Below, in pieces: positions 1 to 12,796 of a stretch of DNA of 64,000 bases. This DNA comes from Podarcis erhardii. Its lineage: Eukaryota. The stretch's first letter is position 1. The number at the start of each line of letters is the position of its first letter. The stretch is from the NCBI GenBank assembly GCA_964252035.1, contig OZ176200.1. The stretch is one strand, 5' to 3'. The translations under genes and the position numbers were made by a program. The notes below the pieces were generated by a model. That model did no database searches, was not told where the DNA came from, and worked only from the letters and a program-made list of their open reading frames with translations.

Positions 1-1063
1 GACTGAACACCATTCATCCCATTGCAATGGGATTAAGATTATTGACAGAAATTAGATATGAATCACCGAGGTCCAGGATGAATACATTATATTAAGCCAA
101 TCATAGTGTATTTTTAAAATTTGTATTCCATTTTACTATTAAAGTAATAGTCAAAGCAGTTTACAATGAAATGAAAATACAATATAATAAAGAAGAACAA
201 GACAAGACATCCTGAACAAGGGCTACATTCAGATGTGAGTATTGTGTTCGTTTTACTGGTTATAGCACTAGTGCTTCTGTCGTGGTTTCTAACATTCCTT
301 TTACACTGCAGTACCTGTTGAGTTATTCTGCCACGTCACATGGAATTTTACAGGGTAGGAAAGAACTATGAGCCAGGATACCACCCCAAATTTTATCACA
401 GGAGCAATGGTGGTGAGATCGTGAAAATTGCAATGCAATAACTCCCACGATTTTCTGAGTTAATGGGATAGCAAACAGATTTTTTTCCTGGAAGCAATTA
501 AGACGGAAATGAGCATTAAAATGGGAGCTTTCTAAAACTTAAGATCTTTTTCAGTGAAACTACTCTAACTGCAAAATCAGAATAGAGAGGTTAGAATTGT
601 GGCTACTGAGTAATGGTATTGTGTAAAGCTGAAAATAAGAGGTGGGGATTAAAGATTTGTACTTGGAATATGCCTGGGGGGGTTTCTTCTTCTTCAAACA
701 AGTGGCATATTAATTTTATGAAATAAAATAAATATAAATAAATATCATTTTCACATGGTCACCTAAAAAAAGGTTTATAATCCTGTATATGAGCCTATAG
801 CTACTGCTAGAATTATAGAATTGTAGCTACAGTTTTAGAAAGCTACCAAGCTACAAAGAGGCTACAGACTATCTAAAAACGGTGGTGGCGGGAGTCTAGG
901 AAGCATATGGATTTCCTTAATAGCCCACTGTTGTCCCCTCCCATAATTTGAGCATTGCTCATAGCTGCAGACTGAAAATAATCCTCTTTCCTGGAGACAG
1001 GTGGACTGTGAGAAATAGCAGGCTAAACCTGGAGTACAGTTGTGTACATTAACTCAATGCAAG

Positions 1064-1065
<2 letters not shown>

Positions 1066-1130
<65 letters not shown>
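1066..1130. repeat. Compound (TC)n(TG)n microsatellite
   Basis: Direct reading. Confidence 0.97.
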
Positions 1131-1131
<1 letters not shown>

Positions 1132-2444
1132 CCTAACTAAACCTAATGTGCTCTACACTGTGACATCAGAATGGTTATAAAAACACAATGTGTGTTGCTA
1201 CCTTTGCAGGTGCCAAGGTCTTTGCTGCTCTGATTCAACAGCATCAGCTTCTCTCTTGATATCATGGAAGTTTGGCCCACCTTGGCCCCTGCCACCGAGA
1301 ATAAGGAAACTGTACAAACTGGAAAACCTCACAAGCCTTCCGTGTTTGATAAGCTCCCTCACTTAAAGGCAGAGTGCCAGGTGCTTTCGAATGACACCTT
1401 GTGGGTGCAGATTGGCTGAGCAGCCTTGGAGCCTTTTTTTTTTTTTTTTTTTTTTTTTTGCTAAAAAGGACAGACATCTCTTAACTGCTGATACTTAGTG
1501 TAGGATATGCTGTACCCAGGCCAAAAAAAAAAAAAAAGCCCAGAAATCTAGTTCTGCATTGGCTTAGCTCATTCCAGTGAGCTGACAGGAAGCCAGATAG
1601 AGCTAACTGCCTTTCTTGTTGTCCTTTCTCAAGAGGACTCCAGCCAACTTGATCATTCACAACTGCCCCTTTAATAGGACCTGTGCAAGCCGAGGGGGAT
1701 TTCATCAGACTGCAGGCAAATGCTTTTGGTCTGCATCCAAGTTGCTTTGTACCCTAGCTTTTGTTGAGGGGAAAAAAGGCATATTCAGTGACAGCACTGT
1801 GTAATTTGTTTTGGTGGTAGCTCTCTGCATTCACCTAGCTGAATAGGCTCTGTACCTAGCTTTTTTCAATTAAATTACTCCCCTACTTTCTGCTGTTTCT
1901 TTTGTTTGTGGATTGTTCTTCCTCCCCCTCCCTCTCTAAGTACGCTTGCCAGTGGGGCTCGCATCAAAGACACATAAAACATACCGGTGGAGAATTCACA
2001 CATTCCCAGTCCTGTTATTGTTAGAGAGCCAAGGAATAACACACATACCAACCTTCTTTAAATGGTGCTTTCCTTCCTCCTGAGACATGCTCTCAACATA
2101 TTTATTTAGGAGGTAGAAGATGGAAGGAGGAGCATTAAGAAAGTTGTTGCATTCTCCTTTTCCCTGTACAAGAAATAGATGTTCCTCTGGCTTTTGCTGC
2201 AGTTATTAAAGCCAGCCCATGCAGAAAAGGTTGAGTATTCCTCATGTCCAAAGCCTGATATGTTCAGATCCAAGCAGTGGCCAGTGTTGAGGCAGGGAAT
2301 TCCACAGGAGCAGTGTAGCTTCCAAGAACACCCACCTTCCTTCTGTACATAAGTGAGTGAGAGAATATTAACCCGGTAGATAACATGGTTGTTCCCCGAC
2401 ACAAGGTCCACATCAGGTCGTTGAATTCAGTGGAATGATGAGCT

Positions 2445-2570
2445 CAGACCCGATTTTCCAGGGACAGTCCCAGATTTACAGAAGCTGTCCTGGTTTCTGA
2501 TTTGATCCCAGAATGTCCCGCTTTTCCTTAGGATGTCCCTATTTTCATCAGAGAAATATCGGAGGGTATT
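2445..2570. mobile_element. GGGAC-motif hAT-like MITE, degenerate
   Basis: Termini cagacc... / ...ggagggtat with repeated internal gggac/gtccc motifs. No clear TSD. Confidence 0.6.
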
Positions 2571-2865
2571 TATGCTCCAGGCCACCATACACAACTTCCA
2601 ACATGGGTTCAGCAATGGCATGCAAAAATGCAAGTTATGAAGCTGCCTCGTGCTGATTTTCCCATTCAGTGTTTAAAACCCTCTTGAGGTGTTCGGCTTG
2701 GACACGTGAGGGTAAAAGTAAATAGAGTGATGGAGGTACAATGTATTGTCGTTGCTGTCCCCCCCCCCCATGTGTCTCGGCATGCAGGGTATGTCCACTC
2801 CACCCCTGACTTTCACGCCTAACACAAATGTCTGAATGGAGTTTGTAAATGGGTTGGCTTGTCCC

Positions 2866-3070
2866 GAGAGCCCGTGTGGTATAGTGGTTAGAGTGATGGA
2901 CTAGGACCTGGGAGACCAGGATTCAAATCCTCACTTGGCCATGAAGCTCACTGGGGTGACGTTGGGCCAGTCACTGTCTCTCAGCTTAACCTACCACACA
3001 GGGTTGTTGTGGGGATTAAATGAGCAGTGGGAGAACTATGTATGGCACCTTGAGTTCTTTAGAGAAAACC
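2866..3070 (+). mobile_element. tRNA-derived CORE/MIR-like squamate SINE
   Basis: A-box tggtatagtgg, B-box ggattcaaatcc, core ggtgacgttgggccagtcac...ctaccacacagggttgttgtg. Confidence 0.8.
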
Positions 3071-4555
3071 TGGGGTACATGTGTTTTAAGAAATGAATTA
3101 AAGGCATATAAGCTTGCTTGTTTGAGGCAAACGTGAAGAGGCTTTTACATTCCTTCAGGGAAATACACTTTCAAGTCCACTTCAGATCTTCTTGCTAAAC
3201 ACATGGTCAGGGCAAAAGGCCTGGCAAAAGGTGGGGCCCACACATGTGCCCCCATCCCTCTACTGTAACTCTGTTATGACTAGCAGTAACTCTCCATGGC
3301 CTCAGGCAGAGGTCATTCCCAACTTTCTTGTGTGTATGCAGTCCTTTAATTGGAGACCAAACCTTGATGAGTCCTAGACCTTCTACAATGAAAGGATCTT
3401 CCCTACCACACTTCTAATGCTCTCCTCATGTTTCCTGAAGCATAGACCTCTACTTTCCCTCAGTCAGGAGCACTTCAAGATGCAAATCTACAACTTCTCA
3501 GCTGCACACCTAGACCTTAAACAGCTAGCAACATTCCCTGAGGTAAAAAAGCAAGTGAGGCAGGCAGCTTCATGAATGGGCGCCCCCCCCCCAGGAGAAA
3601 AAGAAAAGTGTGAAATGTGATTGGAATGGATCTTACTATATAAGATTTGCCTTTGCTATGTCAGTGGCTTTCCCTAAAATAAACCAAGAAGTGGAACTAT
3701 GGAGGAAAATGGGGGAAAGCAGATTCCAAGGCGATTGAGTAGTATGGCTGCCTCCCCTGCAGTAGACTTCTGAGGATATCACTTTGCTCAATTAAAGTTT
3801 TTCCCCCTGCATCTTCTTGGACGGAAGAGGCCTGTGCCAGCAAAAGCTGAAAGGGGGAGCCGTATGTGAAATATCTTCTCTAATTTTGGTGCCTTTTAAT
3901 AGCATGGATCAGTTCTGGCCCATCTTGCAAGCCACAGAATACCAAATTAGACCGTCACTCCCTTTGCTAAAATACTCCACTGGCTTAAGTCTTATCAAAA
4001 TGAATGAAGCTTGCCCTGGCAGCACACTGTGAGGAACTGTGCCAAAGTCATGTCTATATTAAGCAGAGCTGTAGTATATTGCTTGCTTTTCATTTGCCAA
4101 AGATAATTAAAATCAAAGATACCTCTAATAAATAATGCTAAACTTCAATAAAACTATTAGATGATGCCTCTCCCCATATGCAATATCTTAAGATAAATAG
4201 AAATTAATCTTTAAATACCCAGCTGGCAATGGGATTTAAAGGCTTGTGTCTGTCTGTGTGTGTGTGTATAAAATGGAAAAGAGAACATATCATACATTAT
4301 TCTTACAGAGATTGTTCTCAGTGTTATAGAAGAAGTAACACAAGATGTTTCATTAACATAACATAAAGCACTTTCAGGCTGATTAGCAGTAAAAGTATTT
4401 TCATTCAATTTTAGGTGTGCTCACAGAAGTATACTCTGAACAAGCAGCTAGGAAAGCACCCCCCCCCCCGCCAAAGACTTCCTGTCACAACTTCTCTTCT
4501 CCTTCTAGATCCTCCTTCTAGATCCCCCCCCCCATACAATTAAAGTACATTTGAA

Positions 4556-4670
4556 GCACACAATTTCTCCTCCCAAATCCTGGGAACTGTAGTTTATCCC
4601 TCACAGAGCTACGATTCCTAACATTCTTCAACAAACTGCGGTTCTCAGATTTCTTCAGGCAGGGGGATGC
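4556..4670. mobile_element. Palindromic MITE remnant
   Basis: Imperfect inverted arms aatcctgggaactgtagttt ... aaactgcggttctcagattt. Confidence 0.5.
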
Positions 4671-4749
4671 AATGTGTTTTTAATGTGTCTCTCCACAAAT
4701 CCTATGAATGACTTCTAATGGTATTTCTTTTTTCCTATCTTCAAATAGT

Positions 4750-4819
4750 TGTTGTTGTTTAGTCATGTCCGACTCTTCGTGAGCCCATGGATCAGAGCAC
4801 GCCAGGCACTCCTGTCTTC
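4750..4819 (-). mobile_element. BovB (RTE) LINE 3' tail fragment
   Basis: Minus strand gacaggagtgcctggcgtgctctgatccatgggctcacgaagagtcggacatgactaaacaacaac. Flanked by tcttcaaatagt / tcttcgaatagt. Confidence 0.85.
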
Positions 4820-7800
4820 GAATAGTAGGTGGGCAAAAGTGCTCACATCCTGACTGCCATGTTTTGTTTCATTCCACACCCCAATACATTTTCCGCCAAG
4901 TGAAAGGAAGGGAGTAGCAAACCAAATACCTTTCGGCATACCAACATCTGCATTATTTTTTTTAACATGGTGAGAACCTAAAAGTCAAGAGCTTGGGCTG
5001 AAGTTTGAGAACTGGAAGCTGTGGGTATGGAGCAGCTCCACAATGAAGACTTCCACTCCACCTGCCACTATGAGGCCAACCATACAGGATCAGTACCGGC
5101 ACAGGAAAGGCAGTCCAAGCAGCCTCAGAGCTGTTTCCTAAGGCCAAGCTGGGCCCACACCTCAAAGCACTTTCTTTGTAACAAGCAAGGAGAAAAGTAT
5201 GGCTACTAATAGGAGCACCGTGGTTTTTTAAATCAAGATTAAGTGGTGGGGAGTGTGCATATCTTTCTACGCTATCTATCATTTTGCCTAATCGTTTGCA
5301 GTTATTTTTGTGAATGGAGGAGGAGGATTGTCAGAAGAAATGGTGGGTGGCTTCTATGTGTGTTGCAACTTTCAACACCTGTGTGCTGTTGGAAATGTAG
5401 GGTGTGTGTGTGTAGGCCTGAGAGATCCAATTCATTCATTTTTAGCAGAAAGAAAATTAAAATAAGCTTGCTGCATCATAACGGCTTTGGAATTTGTGTC
5501 AAGCATTTTGATGAGGTTTCCTGTTTCATGCTGCCAGCATTGTTGTCCACGTCTATCTCTGCTCTTCAGAGGGCCGAGCAGAGATGATCCAGCAGGCTGC
5601 TCCACCTATCTTTCCAGTGCAGCTTCCCAGCAACTATTAATGTTCCAACCTCAGCCACCATTTAAACAGGAAGAGCACTGGCAGCTTGTCACTTTGCAAA
5701 GCCAACGTCCGGTCTGGTCTATATTTTTGCATTCTAAAAGAAGACCACCTAAGGAAAGGCCATATATATATATATATATATATATCTTCTTCATGTCCAC
5801 AAAAAGACATTCGAGTGCACCTATCCCTCTCTTTGCAAATGCAAGGGCTAGTTTCTCATGCTACACACATTACCAGAGCTGTTAAGTTGGTCACAATGAA
5901 CTCAGAAATTTATTATTTTTTTGTAACTATCCCATTCTAGATTCAGGGAGTTCAGGACAGGATACATAGACCCCTAGTCTTTTTTTACTCATCACATCAA
6001 CTCTGAGAGGTAGGTTAGGCTGCAATATAGGCCCAAGGTGTGCCGGTCACCCAGGTGGGTGTTCATTGCACAAGCAATGTTCCTTACCCAACTTTGCTCC
6101 CTGACCGCACATTGTAGGCCACCCGGCCTTATGACTGAGTCTTATGAGGCTTCTAGAGATCAACTGACAACTCTACATGAGCCACCTGATATTTCTGTCA
6201 GTTGACAACCCACATGACTCCTCTTACAGCCGGGTTGAAAAAGTAGACCATTACATTCGGCTCTGAAGAGTTGCACATGTGAGCCTGTGCTCACCCAGCT
6301 GTGGGCCTATTTGTCCAGAGCATCAGGTGTCAACAGGCATGCAGTACTCCTGAGAACAACTGGATGTCAGCAAGCTTCATGTAACAGAAGGGAGCGCAGC
6401 AGAGTCGGTTTATTTCTCTTACCCCTCTGTGCTTCTTTAATTCCGACTCAAGTTTGCTTCCATTCCCATGTTCAGATGGTGTTATTTCATTCTGTCACTG
6501 TAAATTACTGTTGCTGAAAATGCTGAATCAGGAAATGGGTTATAGCTCTTGAAGAAATGAATCCCACATTATGTCAAAGTGCTTCTGCCTGCAGTTTATG
6601 CTGTGTCCCTCAGCGTGAGTCATTGTCACACATTTTGAAGGCCAGCGTTACACATCAGAGTCTTCAGGGTGTCAGCTTTTCTTGTTCCTGCAATCTTTGT
6701 GGGCAGATAATGTTGTTAGGTGACCTTTTTGCTTAATTCTGAGAGTGTGGGGTTGTGATTCCAGGGCTTATGATACAGCAGAACGGCTAGAGAGATAAAG
6801 CTGCTTGTTTAGCTGCAGCCCCCTAATGAGTTCAGTCGGACTGCCGAGGTCGGCAAGAGTGGGCAAGAACAGGATGTCATTTTTTTGATTTCCAAAACCT
6901 CTTGAAGGAAAGATGATTATTAAAGTTGGGAATCAGATGTAGAGCATGAAGTGGGTCCAGGAATTCAAACAAACAAAAACAAACAAATGAACAAATGAAT
7001 GAATGTTACACTTAACAGTTTTGCTGGGGAAACCCCAGCTCTTTCTGGGGTACCGAATAGGATACCCCGAAGAGCTTTGCCTCTGCAACCACATTTACTC
7101 ATTTAACTAAGGGCACTTCCAGAATGACCCACTTTTGTGCAGATCTTCCACACATTTGGGTAGATGCTGGTATAGATACCCTTTGTACACTAAGAGTACA
7201 CCTTCATAACCCACCGCAAAGAGAGCCTTAATAGCAACCGTTAAATCTTGCACAGCGAATCCACTTTGGACATTTTGCAGAAGGGAAATGGATGGGAAAA
7301 CTAGAGTGGGAAGTGCAGGATAACAGCCACTTAACAGCGAAGTTCTATAGCCCCCACACAAGTTTTGTGAAAACAAATTAGGATGATTGTTCCATATATG
7401 CTTTGTCTGGAAACATTGTATATCTTGGATTTAGCACAAGTGCTGATAATGCATTGCCCTGCTTTGTTGTTTTCAGCTTCTGGGTATGCTTTGTATAATC
7501 AGGTTCTTTCAGAGAATAAGAGTCTTGGAGGTTAATTTATGATGCCTTTATAAACATATTTGATAACTTTAGCAACGTAACAAATAACTTCAGTTTGTTT
7601 CTTTTGCAGCATCATTCGACATGTGGAAGGTTTTTGTGAATCTCTCTTATGGGAAAGCTTTGTGAATAAAAGGTGTGTGGCTGCTCTGCTATATCTAGCT
7701 TGGCCTTTAAATGTACCAGAATAAATAAAGAAATCACAAGGTAAGAAACGACATCAGAAATAAGGTTCCCTCCCTTGTATTCACCTTAAAAGAAAAGCAG

Positions 7801-9286
7801 AACTCGGGCCTTTGCAGACAATGAACAGGGAACTGTTATTTGATTGGTTAACTATAAAGACAGCAAACACACACACACCATAGAACATCCCACAGTGCTT
7901 ATAATGTCTCTCCATCCCTTATTCCCTCCCTTTAGTAGCATACTTCAGTGTCAATGTATAATAATAACACATGCAATGAGTTTGCGCTTGCCAGCCAGCT
8001 AGACTTTGTAGACATTCTCCCACACTGAGAGAAAGAAAAATAATTCACTGGCACCGATTTCATCTTCCACAAGTATGGAGAGTAGGAATCTCTCTCTCCT
8101 TTGCTTCCACTCCACCCACTCTCACGACTCTGTCCCTCTCAGATCTTCTTTGTTTCATGCTGGGAACACAAAGGAGCAGATTGTTTTGGCTAGGATGAGA
8201 TGGACACAGATGTGACCACCTGTTGCATGCTCCTTCCTTTCCATTGTGTCCTGAAGCACTTCTGAAGAAAAAAAATCACTGGGGGAGGAAAATGGTGACC
8301 TTTGGCATTGTTCAGTACCAAGCACGCTCTGCCATGGTTCGTTCCTTGATGTCCAGGTTGGCATCTTGGCGCCCGCTGTGCTGCTCCACTCAGAGGGTGC
8401 CCAAGCAGAGATGTGCCAACACAGGATCTGGTTTTGCCACAGCTTCTTCTCTGATTTCAAAGAGAGGAAATATCCTCGGACAAATCTGCTTTGTCAAGGT
8501 TGAAAATGTTCCGCACCACAGATGGCGACCATAAGGTGCAAGCGAGTTTTCCGATGAACTGGAGATGCCCTGCCCATTTGCTTCACTTCTGAAGTCTTAA
8601 AGGGGGTGGGGGGTGGCAGAGAAACACCCACCTTTTTTTCATTTATGGAGTGAGAAAATTTGCTCAAAACAGTTCCTCACTTTAACTCCTCTGCCCTGTA
8701 CTATTCGTGGCATCCCTGCTACTGCCAATTTGACAAGAGTGTAGCTCCTATTGCAAATCACCCCTCTTGTAGCACATTTGTAGCAATCCATTCCTTGGAA
8801 AGGAATGGAAAATTGTGAAGGTGGTGGGAGTGTGTGTGTGTGTGTGTGTGTGTGTAATTTTGCTCCGGTTCAAACTTCTGTTGCAAGAGGCTCTCTTGGT
8901 TATTCTAAGTGATGACTCACAAGAATGGTTGCAAAATGAGTTGCACACCGTGCCAGCCTTCTGCATCTGAATGCAGAAGTGCCCACCTAGCTTTTAACAT
9001 AACCGATGCTTTTAGGTCAAATGCTGCTTTGCTTACAGGATATTGATTGTAGGGGAATTTCCCAGCAAACAGCACGAGGGGACTTTTCAATCCCTCGGCT
9101 ATATGTACTGGGTAGGCCAGCGGCGGCAGCAATAGTTGCAAAAAGCAAAAGGCAAAGCATCTTATGACTTTCCACTTCCTCTGAGGCAGTACCTTTGTGC
9201 AAGTATTGGCACAGCCGTGCTGTCCCGGATGTGCCTTGTGAAGAGAAGGTGGCTACTGAGGTGTTGTACAGCCTGACAGTGAAAAG

Positions 9287-9785
9287 CAGTGGCATAGCGT
9301 GGGGGGTGCAGGGGGTGCCAGCTGCACCGGGCGCAACATTTGGGGGGGGCGCGCGCTCGCAGCTCTCTGCCCTTACCTGGCTCACTCACTCTCTCTCACA
9401 GTGCTGGCTGTGCGAATCCGATCCGAGCTGCCGGGTCGCCGCCCACTGTGGAGGGGGAGGGTGCCAGGCGTGCGTTGTGTTGCGGAGCGGAGAGAGAGCG
9501 AGGGAGGGACTATCTGGGGGAGGGACAGTGCAGCGGCCGCCCAGCACAGCGCTGAGCGCGGGAGAGAACCACACCCGACCAGCCCAGGGAGCAGCAAGAA
9601 GAAGCTGGCAGTGGCAGCAGGTTAGGGGTTAGGGGCGTAAATTACTTGCCTTGCCCCGGGTTAGGGGGCACAAATTACTTGCCTTGCCCTGGGTTAGGGG
9701 GCGCAAATTACTTGCCTTGCCCCGGGTTAGGGGGCGCAAATTACTTGCCTTGCCCCGGGTGCTGACAACCCACGCTACGCCGCTG
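9287..9785 (+). mobile_element. Non-autonomous hAT element, copy A (499 bp) with ~250-bp GC-rich internal insert
   Basis: TIRs cagtggcatagcgtggg / cccacgctacgccgctg. Perfect 8-bp TSD gtgaaaag (9279-9286, 9786-9793). Four ~33-bp subterminal repeats. Confidence 0.92.
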
Positions 9786-10009
9786 GTGAAAAGTGCAGGT
9801 TTCATGGCCATTTGGCTACATTTTGTCCAAAGATTAGAAAGCTAGCTACACTCACGTATGCTAGAGGTGACTGAAAAACAAGGGGAGTGGGTGTAGCTGA
9901 ATGACAGGGAGAGCAGATGAAGCTGGCATTTGGCATACAGAGTGGCAAAGAATCCCCCCCCCCCCACAAAAAAGCAATATTTAGAATCAAAAAGGAAACT
10001 GCCAGTATC

Positions 10010-10640
10010 GTAATGCCTTTCATGCAAGTTTATCGTGTGACCACAATTGAAATATTGGAAGCAGTTCTAGTCTCTGCACACCTCAAAAGAGATACCACAG
10101 GGCTGGCAAAGGTGCATAAAGGACAAGCAAAATGATCTGGAGGCTGGTGTATCTTCCACTCTATGGGGGAAAGTTATAATACTTAGAACTTTTTAATTTA
10201 GGAAAAGAGGGTGGGGAGTAAGGAGAGACTTGCTAAATCATGCAAGTGCATAGAAAGAAGTTATTGCACCATTTTCTTAATTTTAGAACTCGGGGGCCAT
10301 TGGACAAAGCTGAAGGGTGAGAGATTTGGGAAACGAAGTACTTCCTCACATGGTTAAGCTGTGGAATTCCCTGCCACAAGGTGTAGTGATGGCCACCAAT
10401 CTGGATGGCTTTGAAAGAGGAATTAGACAAGCTACTGATGCCCTGATGACTACGTTCAGCCTCCTGTATCAGATGTCTTATGCCTCTGAAAGCCGGTTTC
10501 TGATGAACAACAGCAGGAGAGGGTTACTGTGGTTGTGTCCTGCTTGCAGGCTTCTGAGGGACACCTGGTTGACCACTGTGGAAAGCAAGATGCTGGACTA
10601 AACAGGCTTCTGGTTGGATCCAGCCACTTCTTTTTATGCG
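10010..10640 (+). mobile_element. CR1 LINE 3' fragment, degenerate
   Basis: Residual RT C-terminal peptide (KLWNSLPQGVVMATNLDGFERG) and a squamate CR1-type 3'UTR ending ...ggatccagccacttctttttatg. Confidence 0.85.
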
Positions 10641-11659
10641 CTTGTGTTCTTTTAAAAGGGTTTGGCAGGAGAGCTCTTTTTTGTTTGTTTGCAATTCAAG
10701 GGTGCTGCTTGCTGCTAGGAATCTGGAATTGTCAGCCGACGCTTCTGTGCCTCTGTGGTGCCTGCCCAACTTGCACGGTGGCGAAGAAACAGATGATTAC
10801 ATAGGCACCTTAAGTCCCCAGGGCTCTCTTCTCCAACTGAGAGCCAAGCTGCTCCGAATTTCCCACCGCTTGGTGAAGGGGAAGTGGGAAATAATATTAA
10901 GAGTGCACCTCTGATTGAAAGACCCTCTTGCTCTGGGTTTCCCTTTTGCGATTTCCTTCATTTCATTGTGGGGAACATAGCTTCTGATTTGCAGCGTTGT
11001 CAGATTTATAGGACTTCACTTCCTGCCTAAACAGGGGCATAAAATAAAATGAAGGAGTATAAACCGACCAAGTATCCCAAGTGTTCTTTCTGTTATTCCA
11101 AAAATAGTAGGTTTTGTAGGAATGTCTTGAGAGAGAGAGATATAAAATGATATGTATGTTCAAATGTGCATCCTGGGATCTTTCTAAGCATTAATAACAT
11201 AAGCATTACCCACTTGGAAATAAATCTATGCCATCACAAAATTAACATGTAGGTGAAAGGTGAAAGAGGGATTTAGATCGAGAGATGAAGGCAGCAAGAC
11301 TTTTAACAGCATTGACCCTGCCATGGCAATGGTGTGTGTGTGCGCACGCTGATGTAATTCTGGGCTTCCTCTTTAGGCAGCCAAATGACTTGGACCACAT
11401 TGACTGCATGAGCTGGTTAATTGAGGGTGAGAAACGGTGGCTTCACAGGCTCTTGGTCCTGCAAGCCTTTGCAAGTCCTGATCAACAGCCTTCGCAAAGG
11501 CACCACCAACCAGCTGATCAGCAGTGATCAAAACCCCTGCTTTGGGCAGGCCCCATATCTATATGGCATGCAGGGCAAATGGGCATGGCTAGGCTAGGCT
11601 AATGATGCCTGTGGGCCAGAGGCCCACCACCAAAAAGCAAAACAGTGAGGACATCCAGG

Positions 11660-11870
11660 GATAAGAAGCCTGCTGATATGAACATTAGGACAAAACTTTT
11701 AATGATGAGAGCAGTTTGACAATGAGGCTCATTTCCTTGCTGTGTCTCTAAGCAGAAGCAGGATAGCCATTGCTTGGGGATGCTTTAGCTGAAGGTTTCC
11801 TGCATCAATCAGAGGTTTGGTCTTGATGGTCTGCAAGGCCCTGTCTAACCCTGTGATTTTATGCCTATAT
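11660..11870 (+). mobile_element. CR1 LINE 3' end (different subfamily)
   Basis: Tail ggtcttgatggtctgcaaggccctgtctaaccctgtgattttatg. Confidence 0.65.
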
Positions 11871-12756
11871 GACCTAAGCCTGGGACCATGGATATGGGAG
11901 GAAAGAATGGAAGTGTTTCACCCAGGATTGCCACAAGGTATGCTGAGATGTATACACTGACGGGAAGTGGGAGTGGAGCATCCTGCTTGCCCTGCCACTG
12001 TCTTTATTCAAGGTGGAAAGTGCAAAGAGTTATGCATACTTGGTTGAAAGGAGGACTCAAGTGTTCTGTATGTCAGCATCCAAACTGCCTTGCAATCAGC
12101 CTGTGTTGCCCATCTATAATGTCTGTAGAAGAAGGAGATGGATGGCCTGCAGGGCTGTCCCAAAACATACCTCAGTGGCTCCAGAATTTTGGAGATCCCC
12201 TTAGCCTGGAAAACACTGAGCATGCAAACAAGGAATTCTCCCCTGAGGCCTCTGACCTTCTTGGGGCATTGTGGGCTCTTACTCAACCTTGGGGTCCCAG
12301 AAAATGCTTGCCCTTTATTTCCCCCAGCCCGCACTCACTGAACTGTCACTCATTATTTCTAATAATAATAATAATAATAGGTGGTGTTCAGCTGTCCTTT
12401 TCTTGGAGTAGACCCTTGATATGAAGGGACCTAACTCAGCCATGCCATTCATTTCAATTGGTCTTCTCTGAGTAAAGCTGAGTTCAATACCACCCAATAA
12501 TTGGAGACTGTTAATTCAATTCTGTAGTTTAAATAGTAACGTGTATTAATGAAACTATGAGATTATAGATGGCACAAGATTAGCGTTGTAGTTTTTAAGC
12601 CTGCTGCTCTAAGATAAAAAAAGAGAGAGGTTCCAAACTTCAACTTCCTTATCTACACTACACACTTGTTTTGGTTTTTAAAAGGGAATCCTAGGAATTA
12701 TAGTTTGATGAGGTACTGAGAATTCTGTTAGAGATCCTCACCCCGCCCTGCCCCAT

Positions 12757-12759
<3 letters not shown>

Positions 12760-12790
<31 letters not shown>
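12760..12790. repeat. (AG)n microsatellite
   Basis: Direct reading. Confidence 0.95.

Positions 12791-12796
<6 letters not shown>

Noticed and set aside
2866-2940. tRNA genes at SINE heads (also 38462, 51500-51585, 58194, 63650-63739)
   Set aside because: Degenerate A/B boxes continue into SINE bodies; no cloverleaf.
4499-4524. 13-bp duplication ctccttctagatc as a hAT excision footprint
   Set aside because: It contains a TCTAGA target-like core, but a simple tandem duplication explains it equally well.
9195-9632. GC-rich ORFs over copies A and C (also 13406-14015) as transposase or novel genes
   Set aside because: Low-complexity translations in several overlapping frames, no hAT domain; expected from stop-poor GC-rich DNA.
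9621-9759. 33-bp direct repeats as a CRISPR array
   Set aside because: The units are head-to-tail without unique spacers, lie inside TIRs and a TSD, and the DNA is vertebrate.
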